A stretch of 46,924 nt of DNA from the NCBI GenBank assembly GCA_045560945.1, contig JBJKYR010000026.1:1-46924 (forward strand), given 5' to 3'. Position 1 is the first letter of the stretch. Every line of letters starts with the position of its first letter. Under the pieces are notes generated by a model that saw only the letters and a list, made by a program, of their open reading frames with translations, ran no database searches and had not been told where the DNA came from. The position numbers were made by a program, and so were the translations under genes. The stretch is from Alphaproteobacteria bacterium (GTDB taxonomy: Bacteria; Pseudomonadota; Alphaproteobacteria; HIMB59; GCA-002718135). Positions 10,143 to 19,324 of this stretch are shown here, piece after piece.

Positions 10143-11066
10143 TTAATGATCTCTATTAATAATATCACTAGATCCCTTAATTTTACTAGTGAAAGACCTG
10201 ATACCTGTCTGATAATCTCTATAAATAATAAATAGCCCACTGATAGAAATAACTAATGATCCTACAACCTCATAATAATCTGGCACATCGCCAAAAAAAA
10301 GATATCCAAATACAAAACCTGCTATTAATTGAAAATATTGCAAAGGTGCAAATAAACTTGATTCAAGCATCTTAGATGCTGCACTAATACATAATCCGCC
10401 TGTACCAGCAATAATTCCACATAAAACAAATACATATATGTCACCATCAGATATAGGAACATAAATCTGTGTTGTTATAATAGCACTAATAAGGAGTCCT
10501 ACTAAAAATCCATAAAAAGCAAAAGCTATTGAAGATTGATTACTTGCATACCTTCTTATTAAAATAACATTAACTGCCAAAATAATTGCTCCTAGAAAAA
10601 GTAAAAATAAACTAAACGTAAAATGAATAGTTCCTGGTCTAGCAACTATCAACACTCCGACAAAACCAATTAATACTGCTAATAATCTTTTTGGGCCAAT
10701 TTTTTCTTTTAATATAAAAAATGAAAGAGCAGTAATAATTAAAGGTGCGCTAAAAAGTATAGGATATATTTCACTAAAGGCATGATTTTTAAAAGAGTTA
10801 ATTATTATAGCTGCACAAATAAGACCTAAAACACCTCTTAACAATTGAATATGTATTTTATTATTAATTAATACTTTCCAACCACTAATAAAATGCAAAG
10901 CAATTGATATTGGGATAAGACTAAAAAGACAAATAAAAAAATTAATTTCAATTACAGGATAATAATTAACAAGATATTTTTTAATAATAGAATCTAATAA
11001 AACAAAAATAACATAACCTAAAAAACCTAGAAATATTCCTAAATAATTTTTATTTTCTAATTGCAT
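10143..11066 (-). CDS. DMT/EamA family transporter
   Basis: About 10 hydrophobic segments, with LKEKIG..R..AVLIGFVGVLIVARPG and APLQY motifs. Confidence 0.9.
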   Translation of the reverse strand: MQLENKNYLGIFLGFLGYVIFVLLDSIIKKYLVNYYPVIEINFFICLFSLIPISIALHFISGWKVLINNKIHIQLLRGVLGLICAAIIINSFKNHAFSEIYPILFSAPLIITALSFFILKEKIGPKRLLAVLIGFVGVLIVARPGTIHFTFSLFLLFLGAIILAVNVILIRRYASNQSSIAFAFYGFLVGLLISAIITTQIYVPISDGDIYVFVLCGIIAGTGGLCISAASKMLESSLFAPLQYFQLIAGFVFGYLFFGDVPDYYEVVGSLVISISGLFIIYRDYQTGIRSFTSKIKGSSDIINRDH

Positions 11067-11070
11067 TAAA

Positions 11071-12126
11071 TTAATTACTCAAATGAAAAAAAATAATTTC
11101 ATTAACTGTGCCTAATCTCATTTTAGGTCCCCAAGTGCCGGATCCAGAAGAAACATATAATTTTGAATTATTAAAAGTATATAGTCCGTACTTAAATTTA
11201 AATTGCATTCTGACAAAAAAATTAAAAGGGAAAATTTGTCCATTATGAGTATGTCCGGATAACATTAAATCACACTCATTATATACTTGATCCCAAATTG
11301 ATGGTTTATGGATTAAAATTAAGTTCAATTTTTCCTTTGAAGATTTATCTTTTATTATTTCTATTTGTTTGTTTTTGAGTAGATTATCATCAATGCCAAT
11401 AAGGTTAACATTATTAATTTCTATATTATTGTTACAAATATGATGTATTCCATAATTATTAATTTCTTTTATTTTTGTATTTGAGTTTTTTAAATAGTAT
11501 TCATGATTGCCAGTTACAAAATAAATAGGACAACTAATATTTTCTTTAATAATTTTTAAAGATGATAAATCAAATGATGAAGAATCAATTAAATCACCTC
11601 CTATTAAAAGAAAATCATATGACTTATTTTTTAATAGTAAAATTATTTTATTTAAATGCTTAATATTATTTGATCCCATATGGACATCGCTAAGGAAAAT
11701 AAATGAAACATCAGATTTAATTTTATTTGACTTAATATTTATATTTTTTATATAAATTTTAGATCCAAAATAAAAAGAGATTAAAGATAATATTAAAATA
11801 AAAAATAAACTCAATAATCCTAAGTAATATGAATTAAAATTAAAAATTCCTTTAATAATTATAGCGGCAGTAACTACCCAAAAACTTATAAATCCAATAC
11901 CCATTCCTTCATAGATAAATATTTTAAGTGGTTTTAAGGATGTATAAGATCGAAAATAAAAAATAATTAGAATTGAAATAATAATTGTAAAATAAAATGA
12001 ACTTCTTCTATTTGCTTGTTCGTTAAATAAAAGTTCGTTAAGAATCTCAATTGGATAAACATAGATAAAATAGGTAACACAAAATACAACAACATAAAAA
12101 AGTGTATTTTGAATAATCTTGTTCAT
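11071..12126 (-). CDS. Membrane-anchored metallophosphoesterase (YkuE-like)
   Basis: N-terminal transmembrane helices followed by SDVH, GGDLID, GNHE, HKP and SGHTHNGQ calcineurin-like motifs. Confidence 0.9.
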   Translation of the reverse strand: MNKIIQNTLFYVVVFCVTYFIYVYPIEILNELLFNEQANRRSSFYFTIIISILIIFYFRSYTSLKPLKIFIYEGMGIGFISFWVVTAAIIIKGIFNFNSYYLGLLSLFFILILSLISFYFGSKIYIKNINIKSNKIKSDVSFIFLSDVHMGSNNIKHLNKIILLLKNKSYDFLLIGGDLIDSSSFDLSSLKIIKENISCPIYFVTGNHEYYLKNSNTKIKEINNYGIHHICNNNIEINNVNLIGIDDNLLKNKQIEIIKDKSSKEKLNLILIHKPSIWDQVYNECDLMLSGHTHNGQIFPFNFFVRMQFKFKYGLYTFNNSKLYVSSGSGTWGPKMRLGTVNEIIFFHLSN

Positions 12127-12136
12127 AATTTATATG

Positions 12137-12307
12137 TTAAGCAATTAATTTAAAAAAATAATATAATGAAAATATTATTAATATTATTGCAACCCATATA
12201 CTAAGGTTTGTTAAAAACGTTTTTAAATTTTGATTAGATTTAATAAAACTTGGAAGAACTAATAAAAGTACACCAATCATGTATATAATAGGAATTAATT
12301 TACTCAT
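12137..12307 (-). CDS. Small two-TM membrane protein (56 aa), hypothetical
   Basis: Not in the ORF track. Manual translation gives MSKLIPIIYMIGVLLLVLPSFIKSNQNLKTFLTNLSIWVAIILIIFSLYYFFKLIA*. It fills the gap between two co-oriented genes with 9-10 nt spacers. Confidence 0.75.
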   Translation of the reverse strand: MSKLIPIIYMIGVLLLVLPSFIKSNQNLKTFLTNLSIWVAIILIIFSLYYFFKLIA

Positions 12308-12316
12308 AAATATAAT

Positions 12317-13180
12317 TTAGAATTCTTTTTCAATAAGTTCACTCACAAGGAGATCGCCCATTCCTTTATCTTTTGCAGATTGATAAAAATTCATTGCTAG
12401 TTTTGATAATTCTTCCGCGTTATTTGAATCTTTCATTAAGTCATTGATATAAGTTAAGTCCTTAAGAGTATTATTTACTGAAAACACATAACCTTTATAA
12501 TCGCCTTGAAGAGCTTTATCAGCAATTCTGTTTAGAGCACCAGAATTACCAGAACCTAATTTAGCTACATCACATAAAAGATTAATATCTATATCAAGCA
12601 TTTTGGCAGATCGAAAAAACTCTATTACAGTTGTTGTAGTTAGTAGTGATAAGAAATTAGATAATAATTTCGCTTGTGCAGCTTTTTCAACTGAACCAAA
12701 ATTAAAAACATTTTTACAAAATGATTGAAGAAATATTTTTGAGTTATCAAAATCTTTAATATCTCCTCCCCAAATGCCACCAAGTACACCTTCTTCACTT
12801 TGAACTGGGCCGCCCATTACTGGGTTAACGGTGTATTTAATATTTGAAGAATTAAAAATATTTTTCATTTCTGTTGTGCCATTTTTATTGTGCGTTGTTA
12901 AATCAATGATAAGTAATCTATTATTAATTAAAGAAACTAATTCTTCAGCAATATTAATAGCAATAGGTGTGTTTGTTACACACATCATTAAACAATCAAG
13001 ATTTAGATTTAACAATTCTTTATAAGTAAAAACTTCTGTCGCACCTTCTTTTATAAGCTTATCAATTGGTTCTCGATTTTTGTGAGCAGTTATAAATACA
13101 TCAAAATCTTTTATAAGATTTTTAGCCATACCATACCCCATATAACCAGCGCCTATAAAACCTACCTTTTTATTGCTCAT
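12317..13180 (-). CDS. NAD(P)-dependent oxidoreductase, 3-hydroxyisobutyrate dehydrogenase family
   Basis: GFIGAGYMGYGMA, PVMGG and catalytic Lys in AKLLSN. Confidence 0.88.
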   Translation of the reverse strand: MSNKKVGFIGAGYMGYGMAKNLIKDFDVFITAHKNREPIDKLIKEGATEVFTYKELLNLNLDCLMMCVTNTPIAINIAEELVSLINNRLLIIDLTTHNKNGTTEMKNIFNSSNIKYTVNPVMGGPVQSEEGVLGGIWGGDIKDFDNSKIFLQSFCKNVFNFGSVEKAAQAKLLSNFLSLLTTTTVIEFFRSAKMLDIDINLLCDVAKLGSGNSGALNRIADKALQGDYKGYVFSVNNTLKDLTYINDLMKDSNNAEELSKLAMNFYQSAKDKGMGDLLVSELIEKEF

Positions 13181-14339
13181 TTTTTAATTTGTTTTTATTA
13201 AATAAAGAAAATAATAAAAGAATAATTAACAGCGGTAAACATATTAAATTAAGAGTCTGCCAACTTGTAGAAAATAATATTATCCCAGCAGATAAAGAGC
13301 CTAAAGCTTGTGATGAAAAAACAACGAAATCATTAACTCCCTGAGCTAAAAATTTGTCCTCTTTGTTATACGATACAACTAAAAGACTTGTTCCAGATAC
13401 AAATAAAAAATTCCAACCAATACCAAGTAATACCAAACCTATCATGTAACCATAATAGGTTTCAAAATTAAAATGAATAATAATAGTGATTAACAATATA
13501 ATTATACCAGAATAAATCATTTTTTTATGTCCAAAAATTTTTATTAAGTCTCCAGTTAATAAGGATGGTAAGAACATTCCCACAACATGCATTTGAAGAA
13601 CAATACCCGTAGAGAAAAGACTAAAACCATGCATCATATTCATTGAAATAGGTGTAGCCGTCATTAAAGTGCTCATTGTAGTATATCCTATCCCTGCACT
13701 TAAAATTGATAATTGGATATTTTTATTCGATAATAATTCAAATATTGATTTTTGTGATTTAAGTATTTTGGATTCAATTTTTTCTTCATTTTTATAAAAT
13801 ACAAAGAAGAAAAATGGAATAATAGTTAGAAGAGACATTGAAATATAAGAACCTACATATGTTATCTGATGAAAATCTTTAGTAACTGAGACAATGTTAG
13901 CGCCTAGTAGTGAAGCTATTATGCCCAATAGAAGTATTAGAGAAATAGCCTTAGGTATATTTGATTTTTCTACAGATTCACTAGCAGCAAAACGATATTG
14001 TTGAGCAAAAGCAACTGAAAGTCCAATAATCAAATTTCCTAAACAAAATAATTCAAAACTATTAATTAAAATTGCATAAGCACAAAATAAAGAAAATACA
14101 CTATTTATTATGGCAGCTAATGAAAAACCAAATTTTCTGCCCTTCATTTTCATTATTTTGGAAGCAATTAATGAGCCGAATGCAGTGCCTACTATCATTA
14201 GCGCAGTTGGAAGGGTTGCTAAATAATTAATATTTATCATGGAAGATCCTATAATTCCACTTAACAAAACGCTAACAACAGGTGATGTAAAAGAAAATAT
14301 CTGACCAACAGATAAAATAAATAAATTTTTATTTAACAT
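13170..14339 (-). CDS. MFS transporter
   Basis: About 12 TM segments, with QQYRFAASE, MTATP and MFLPSLLTG motifs. Confidence 0.88.
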   Translation of the reverse strand: MLNKNLFILSVGQIFSFTSPVVSVLLSGIIGSSMININYLATLPTALMIVGTAFGSLIASKIMKMKGRKFGFSLAAIINSVFSLFCAYAILINSFELFCLGNLIIGLSVAFAQQYRFAASESVEKSNIPKAISLILLLGIIASLLGANIVSVTKDFHQITYVGSYISMSLLTIIPFFFFVFYKNEEKIESKILKSQKSIFELLSNKNIQLSILSAGIGYTTMSTLMTATPISMNMMHGFSLFSTGIVLQMHVVGMFLPSLLTGDLIKIFGHKKMIYSGIIILLITIIIHFNFETYYGYMIGLVLLGIGWNFLFVSGTSLLVVSYNKEDKFLAQGVNDFVVFSSQALGSLSAGIILFSTSWQTLNLICLPLLIILLLFSLFNKNKLKNEQ

Positions 14340-14382
14340 GCAGTCTTCTTATATTTTATAAGAAATTACACAAATAAATTTA

Positions 14383-14844
14383 TTAAATAAAATCTAATGG
14401 ATATTTGTAATTTTTCTTAATTGTGTGAAGAGATATATGTGATGACATATTAGTACATTCAATTTCTTTAATTAATCGTTGTTGAAAATTATCATATTCT
14501 TCTATTGATGGAGAAAGAATAGTAATTTGATAATCACTATTACTTCCAGTTAAACGATGTACTTCAATTATTTGATCATACTTATTTACTACTTTTTGAA
14601 AATTTTTTAACCATTCGGTTGTATGATTTTGAATAGATATGGATAAAAAAACTGTAATAGACAAATTAATTTTTTTATTATCTATAATAATAGATTTTGA
14701 TTTTATTATTTTTTCTTCTTCTAATTTCTTAATTCTATTCCAGCAAGGCGTGTTGGATAAACCGACTTTTTTTGAAAGTTCAGAAAGAGGTTGTGAAGAA
14801 TTTTTTTGCAATTCTTCAAGTATTTTTTTATCTATATTATCCAT
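14383..14844 (-). CDS. Lrp/AsnC family transcriptional regulator (DecR/YbaO-like)
   Basis: HTH segment GLSNTPCWNRIKKLEE and a C-terminal RAM domain. Divergent from metY. Confidence 0.9.
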   Translation of the reverse strand: MDNIDKKILEELQKNSSQPLSELSKKVGLSNTPCWNRIKKLEEEKIIKSKSIIIDNKKINLSITVFLSISIQNHTTEWLKNFQKVVNKYDQIIEVHRLTGSNSDYQITILSPSIEEYDNFQQRLIKEIECTNMSSHISLHTIKKNYKYPLDFI

Positions 14845-14945
14845 AATTTAGAAATTTATCCTTTTTTAATCCTATATATTAGAAAATATAAGAATTATAT
14901 ACTATTTTTTGTATATTTTTTAAAAAATAATTCTAAAAGCTATGT

Positions 14946-14999
14946 AACGGTATTTGATTTTCAGATTGTGCACCGTTTAATAAAAAAAAGTACTAAAGA
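14946..14999 (+). promoter_or_regulatory. SAM-V riboswitch
   Basis: P1 AACGGT(14946-51) pairs with ACCGTT(14972-77), enclosing ATTTGA...TTGTGC. The downstream AGTACTAAA (14989-97) can form the pseudoknot and lies next to the ribosome-binding site of metY. This matches the SAM-V pattern known upstream of metY in Pelagibacter. Confidence 0.88.
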
Positions 15000-15013
15000 G
15001 AAAGGACTAAAAC

Positions 15014-16339
15014 ATGACTACAAAATCTTTACACCCTGAAACAATAGCTCTTCATGGTGGCTCTTACAGAAAAGATGAATCTACAAATTCAGTTGCTGTA
15101 CCTATCTATCAAACCACAAGTTATCAATTTAATAGTCAGGAACATGCTAGTAACTTATTTTCATTAAAAGAACTTGGCAATATTTACACGCGTATAATGA
15201 ATCCTACAACATCAGTGCTTGAAGAAAGAATTGCTCAATTAGAAGGTGGTTTAGCTGCAGTTGCTGTTTCTTCTGGTCAAGCTGCTTCAGCATTTGCTAT
15301 ACAAAATTTATGTCAAGCTGGAGATAATATAGTTTCTTCAACTGATTTATATGGAGGAACTTGGAATCAATTTGAGAATACTTTTAAAAAATTAGGCATA
15401 GAAGTTAGATTTGCTGATCCTGAAGATCCAATGACTTTTATTAAATTATCGGATGAAAAAACAAGAGCTTTTTATGCAGAAACACTTCCAAATCCTAAAC
15501 TAAATGTTTTTCCTATTGAGGAAGTTGCTACTTTAGGTAAAGAATTAGGAATTCCTCTTATCGTAGATAATACTGCTGCACCTATTACTTGTAAGCCTAT
15601 TAAACATGGGGCTGCTATAGTTGTGCATTCCTTAACTAAATGGATTGGGGGTCATGGTACATCAATCGGTGGAATAATAGTTGATGGAGGTAATTTTGAT
15701 TGGACAAAAAAACCTCAAAGGCAACCTAATTTCAATCAACCAGAACCAAGTTATTGGGGTTGGGTTTTAGGTAATGTTGTGCCAGAAGTTCTTGGTGCTA
15801 ATATTACTTTTGCTGTTAGGACAAGGTTTGTTTTATTACGTGATTTAGGATCTGCACTTTCACCAACTAACGCATTTAATTTTATTCAAGGTTTAGAGAC
15901 CTTGCCAATACGTTTCAAAAAACATCAAGATAATGCAGAAAAAGTTGCAAAATATCTTAAGGACAAAAAAAATATAAATCGAGTAATTCATCCTAAATAC
16001 CAACATGATATTTATAAAAAAAGAGCAGAAAAATACATGGAAGATGGTTTTGGTCCATTAGTTGGATTTGAGTTAGAAGGTGGCATAGAAGCTGGAAAAA
16101 AATTCATTGATAACCTTGAATTAATATATCACGTCGCAAATATAGGTGATGCAAGAACATTGGCTATTCATCCTGCTTCAACAACTCATTCCCAGTTAAG
16201 TTCAAAAGATCAACTCAGAGCTGGTGTAACACCTGGTTATATAAGGTTATCTATTGGTATTGAGCATATTGACGACATTATCAATGATATTGATCAAGCT
16301 ATTAATAAGCTTGAAAATAAAGTTAAGAACGTAGCATAG
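15014..16339 (+). CDS. metY: O-acetylhomoserine aminocarboxypropyltransferase (sulfhydrylase)
   Basis: PIYQTTSY, GNIYTRIMNPT, PLP lysine in HSLTKWIGGHG, ANIGDARTLAIHPASTTHSQL. Confidence 0.95.
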   Translation: MTTKSLHPETIALHGGSYRKDESTNSVAVPIYQTTSYQFNSQEHASNLFSLKELGNIYTRIMNPTTSVLEERIAQLEGGLAAVAVSSGQAASAFAIQNLCQAGDNIVSSTDLYGGTWNQFENTFKKLGIEVRFADPEDPMTFIKLSDEKTRAFYAETLPNPKLNVFPIEEVATLGKELGIPLIVDNTAAPITCKPIKHGAAIVVHSLTKWIGGHGTSIGGIIVDGGNFDWTKKPQRQPNFNQPEPSYWGWVLGNVVPEVLGANITFAVRTRFVLLRDLGSALSPTNAFNFIQGLETLPIRFKKHQDNAEKVAKYLKDKKNINRVIHPKYQHDIYKKRAEKYMEDGFGPLVGFELEGGIEAGKKFIDNLELIYHVANIGDARTLAIHPASTTHSQLSSKDQLRAGVTPGYIRLSIGIEHIDDIINDIDQAINKLENKVKNVA

Positions 16340-16370
16340 AGTCCTTGTATTGTAATATGTCGTTCTTTTG

Positions 16371-16403
16371 AATAAAGGGTAGATTTCTACCCTTTATTTT
16401 ATT
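16371..16403 (+). terminator. Intrinsic terminator after metY
   Basis: Perfect 12-bp inverted repeat AATAAAGGGTAG-attt-CTACCCTTTATT followed by a T-rich tail. Confidence 0.8.
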
Positions 16404-16415
16404 ATTAGTATATCC

Positions 16416-17312
16416 ATGCCATCAAGTCATGATTACATTAAGGATAAAAGAAATAATAAAATAAAAATTTTTGTAAATAATAAATTTTTAACAAGAGATA
16501 AGGCTAATATTTCAGTTTTTGATTCAGGTTTTTTACTTGGAGATGGTGTTTGGTCAGGTATACGATTTCATAATAATAAATTTTTGTTCTTAAAAGATCA
16601 CTTAGATAGATTATTTGATGATGCAAAAAAAATTGATCTAAAAATTCATTTTTCTAAAAAAGAAATTAGTAAAATTTTATTTAATACTATCAAAATAAAT
16701 AAAATGAAAACTGATGTTCATATACGTTTAGTTGTTTCTAGAGGTATAAAAAGTACCCCCTATCAAGATCCTGCGTTTACTATTTCTAAACCTACAATTG
16801 TTATAATACCTGAATATAAACAACCTCAAGAATCTGTTTATAAAAGAGGTTTAATTTTAAAAACTGTTAAAACTATTAGAGGTCCTCATAATGTTCAAGA
16901 TCCAAGAATAAACTCATTAAGCAAACTTAATTGTATTATAGCTTGTATTGAAGCAAAAAAACAAAAAGCAGATGAAGCTCTTATGTTTGATATAAATGGA
17001 AATATTGCAACAAATAATAGTACTCATTTTTTCTATATTAAAAATAATTGTGTCTATACTTCTACAGGAAAATATTGTGTCAAAGGCATTACTAGACAAA
17101 AAGTTATAGACTTATGTAAAAAAAATAAAATTAAAGTTTATCAAAGAAATTTTAAACTTAAAGATGTACTAAAAGCTGATGAAGCTTTTGTCACTGGTAC
17201 ATTTGCTAATATAATTCCAGTAAAAAAAATCAATAATACAAAATTTAATTTAAGAAAAAATCAAATAACCATTAAATTAAGAAATTTATATTTAGAATTA
17301 ATGGAAAGATAA
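16416..17312 (+). CDS. Fold-type IV PLP enzyme (aminotransferase class IV, BCAT-like), non-canonical
   Basis: ISVFDSGFLLGDGVW, HLDRL, RLVVSRG, GITR and ADEAFVTGT motifs. Confidence 0.9.
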   Translation: MPSSHDYIKDKRNNKIKIFVNNKFLTRDKANISVFDSGFLLGDGVWSGIRFHNNKFLFLKDHLDRLFDDAKKIDLKIHFSKKEISKILFNTIKINKMKTDVHIRLVVSRGIKSTPYQDPAFTISKPTIVIIPEYKQPQESVYKRGLILKTVKTIRGPHNVQDPRINSLSKLNCIIACIEAKKQKADEALMFDINGNIATNNSTHFFYIKNNCVYTSTGKYCVKGITRQKVIDLCKKNKIKVYQRNFKLKDVLKADEAFVTGTFANIIPVKKINNTKFNLRKNQITIKLRNLYLELMER

Positions 17313-18022
17313 TGATTATTTTTATGTGGTCTGGACCTCGCAATCTTAGTACTGCTTTAATGAGATCTTTTGAAAATAGGAAGGATACATATGTACTCGA
17401 TGAACCCTTTTATGCTTATTATTTAAAAAAAACTGATTTAAATCATCCAATGAAAAAAGAAATTATTAATCATTATCCTGTCTCACAAAACAAAATTATA
17501 AAATTAATAACATCAAAGCCAAAAAATGAGAAAATTTTCTATCAAAAGCATATGACCCAACATATTATAAAAAATACAAATTTAGATTGGATAACAAAAG
17601 GATACAACTGTTTTCTTATTAGACACCCTGCCAAAGTAATAAATTCATATATTAAAAAAAATTCACTGAAGAATATTGATGACATCGGTTTTAAAAATCA
17701 ATTTAAAATATTTAATAAAATTAAAAAAAATAATTTAAATTTTATTGTTATTAATGCTGATAATATTTTGATAAACCCCAAAAAAACAATAAAAATATTA
17801 TGTAAAGTATTAAAAATAAGATTTTCAAAAAAAATGCTGTCTTGGCCTAAGGGCAAAAGATCTTCTGATGGAATATGGTCAAAAGTTTGGTATAAAAATG
17901 TAGAATTATCAAATACTTTTTCTAAGTATAGAAAAGAAAAAATTAATGTTCCAAAAAAATATAATAAAATATATGAAGAGTCTCTGAAATATTATAACGA
18001 AATGAATCAATATTCTATTTAA
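17312..18022 (+). CDS. Sulfotransferase-like P-loop protein
   Basis: WSGPRNLSTALMRSF, DEPFY, YQKHM, FLIRHP and MLSW motifs. The start overlaps the upstream stop (TAATG). Confidence 0.82.
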   Translation: MIIFMWSGPRNLSTALMRSFENRKDTYVLDEPFYAYYLKKTDLNHPMKKEIINHYPVSQNKIIKLITSKPKNEKIFYQKHMTQHIIKNTNLDWITKGYNCFLIRHPAKVINSYIKKNSLKNIDDIGFKNQFKIFNKIKKNNLNFIVINADNILINPKKTIKILCKVLKIRFSKKMLSWPKGKRSSDGIWSKVWYKNVELSNTFSKYRKEKINVPKKYNKIYEESLKYYNEMNQYSI

Positions 18023-18819
18023 TGTTATATATTCACATACAAGAAGCAGCTAAATTTTTATTTGAGCATAGACTTAACAAATCAAATATTAATAATTTGC
18101 CAAAACATATAACACCTACAGCAAAAAATGAAGCTTATTTAATTCAAGAAGAATTAAAACTATTATACCTTAATCTTAAAGAAAACATTTCAATAGGTAA
18201 AAAAGTAGGATGCACCAGTCTCGATGCTCAAAAACAACTTGATATTAGTGAGCCATTTTATGGAAACTTATTTTCTAGATTTTATTCAATTGATCCAACA
18301 AAAATATCATCTAAAAAATTTAGTAAACCATTTATTGAGCCTGAAATTGCTTTAAGAGTCAAAGAAGATATAGATATATCAAGAGCTCCTTTTTCAATTA
18401 ATAATATTGATGATTTATTTGATGGAATTGTTTGTTCTTTAGAGATTGTTGACTTTAGATTTAATAAAACATTAAAGGAAATTGGTGCCTTAAATTTAAT
18501 AGCTAATAATGGCGCATCAGAATTTTGGATAAGAAATTCTGAAGTATTTAAAATAAATAAAATTAATTTTGAAGATCATCCTATTAATATATCATATAAT
18601 AAAAAAATTATTGGTGAAGGGAATACAAAAAATGTAATGGACAATCCACTAAACTCTGCTTTGTGGCTTATAAATAATATTGCCAAAAAAGGAGAAACGC
18701 TATTAAAAGGGCAATTTATTTCAACTGGTACTTGTACAAAAGCTCATGAATTAGTTGCTGGTAATGAAGTAAGCGCAGATTTTGGTGCATTAGGTAAAAT
18801 TGAATTTCTATTTAATTAA
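18022..18819 (+). CDS. 2-keto-4-pentenoate hydratase / FAH superfamily protein (MhpD-like)
   Basis: AYLIQ, GKKVGCTS, EPFYG, IEPEIA, LEIVDFR and GQFISTGT motifs. Confidence 0.85.
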   Translation: MLYIHIQEAAKFLFEHRLNKSNINNLPKHITPTAKNEAYLIQEELKLLYLNLKENISIGKKVGCTSLDAQKQLDISEPFYGNLFSRFYSIDPTKISSKKFSKPFIEPEIALRVKEDIDISRAPFSINNIDDLFDGIVCSLEIVDFRFNKTLKEIGALNLIANNGASEFWIRNSEVFKINKINFEDHPINISYNKKIIGEGNTKNVMDNPLNSALWLINNIAKKGETLLKGQFISTGTCTKAHELVAGNEVSADFGALGKIEFLFN

Positions 18820-18833
18820 ACTAGATAATAAAT

Positions 18834-19202
18834 ATGAATATTAAGGGTTATTTTAATGAATCTTGCAGCATATGTCGTACTGAAATTAATCATTATAAAA
18901 AAATTAATAACACTATTCATTGGGTTGATGTAATCAACAATGAAGATGCATTAAATGAAACAAAACTATCATCAAAAGACCTTATAAGAAGGTTACATAT
19001 TATTAAAAATAAAAAATTATATAAAGGGTTGGATGCCTTTCTAATAGTTTGGGGTGAAATACCGAAATATAAATTATTATCTAATTTTGCCAAATTACCT
19101 GTAATTTACCATATAGGTTATTTGATATATGAATTTTTTGCATTACTTTTATTTTATAAAAACAAACATTTATTAAAAAAAGATAATCAAAATTTCAATT
19201 AG
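18834..19202 (+). CDS. DCC family thiol-disulfide oxidoreductase (DUF393)
   Basis: YFNESCSICRTEI (CxxC), RRLH and GLDAFLIVW. Confidence 0.85.
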   Translation: MNIKGYFNESCSICRTEINHYKKINNTIHWVDVINNEDALNETKLSSKDLIRRLHIIKNKKLYKGLDAFLIVWGEIPKYKLLSNFAKLPVIYHIGYLIYEFFALLLFYKNKHLLKKDNQNFN

Positions 19203-19324
19203 ATAATTTTTCTTAATTTTGTACATTTATATAAAAAATATGATAAATAAGATTAACAGTTTTCAAAAAATATTCTTTTTTAATTTTAAAAAAAATAATC
19301 CTAATCTGATAACTATATTATAAA

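Noticed and set aside
14639-15039. Plus-strand ORFs 14639-14851 and 14806-15039 as a possible metY leader peptide
   Set aside because: They overlap the Lrp gene and the SAM-V element, have low-complexity AT-driven composition and no Met/Cys-rich attenuator pattern. The riboswitch explains the region.
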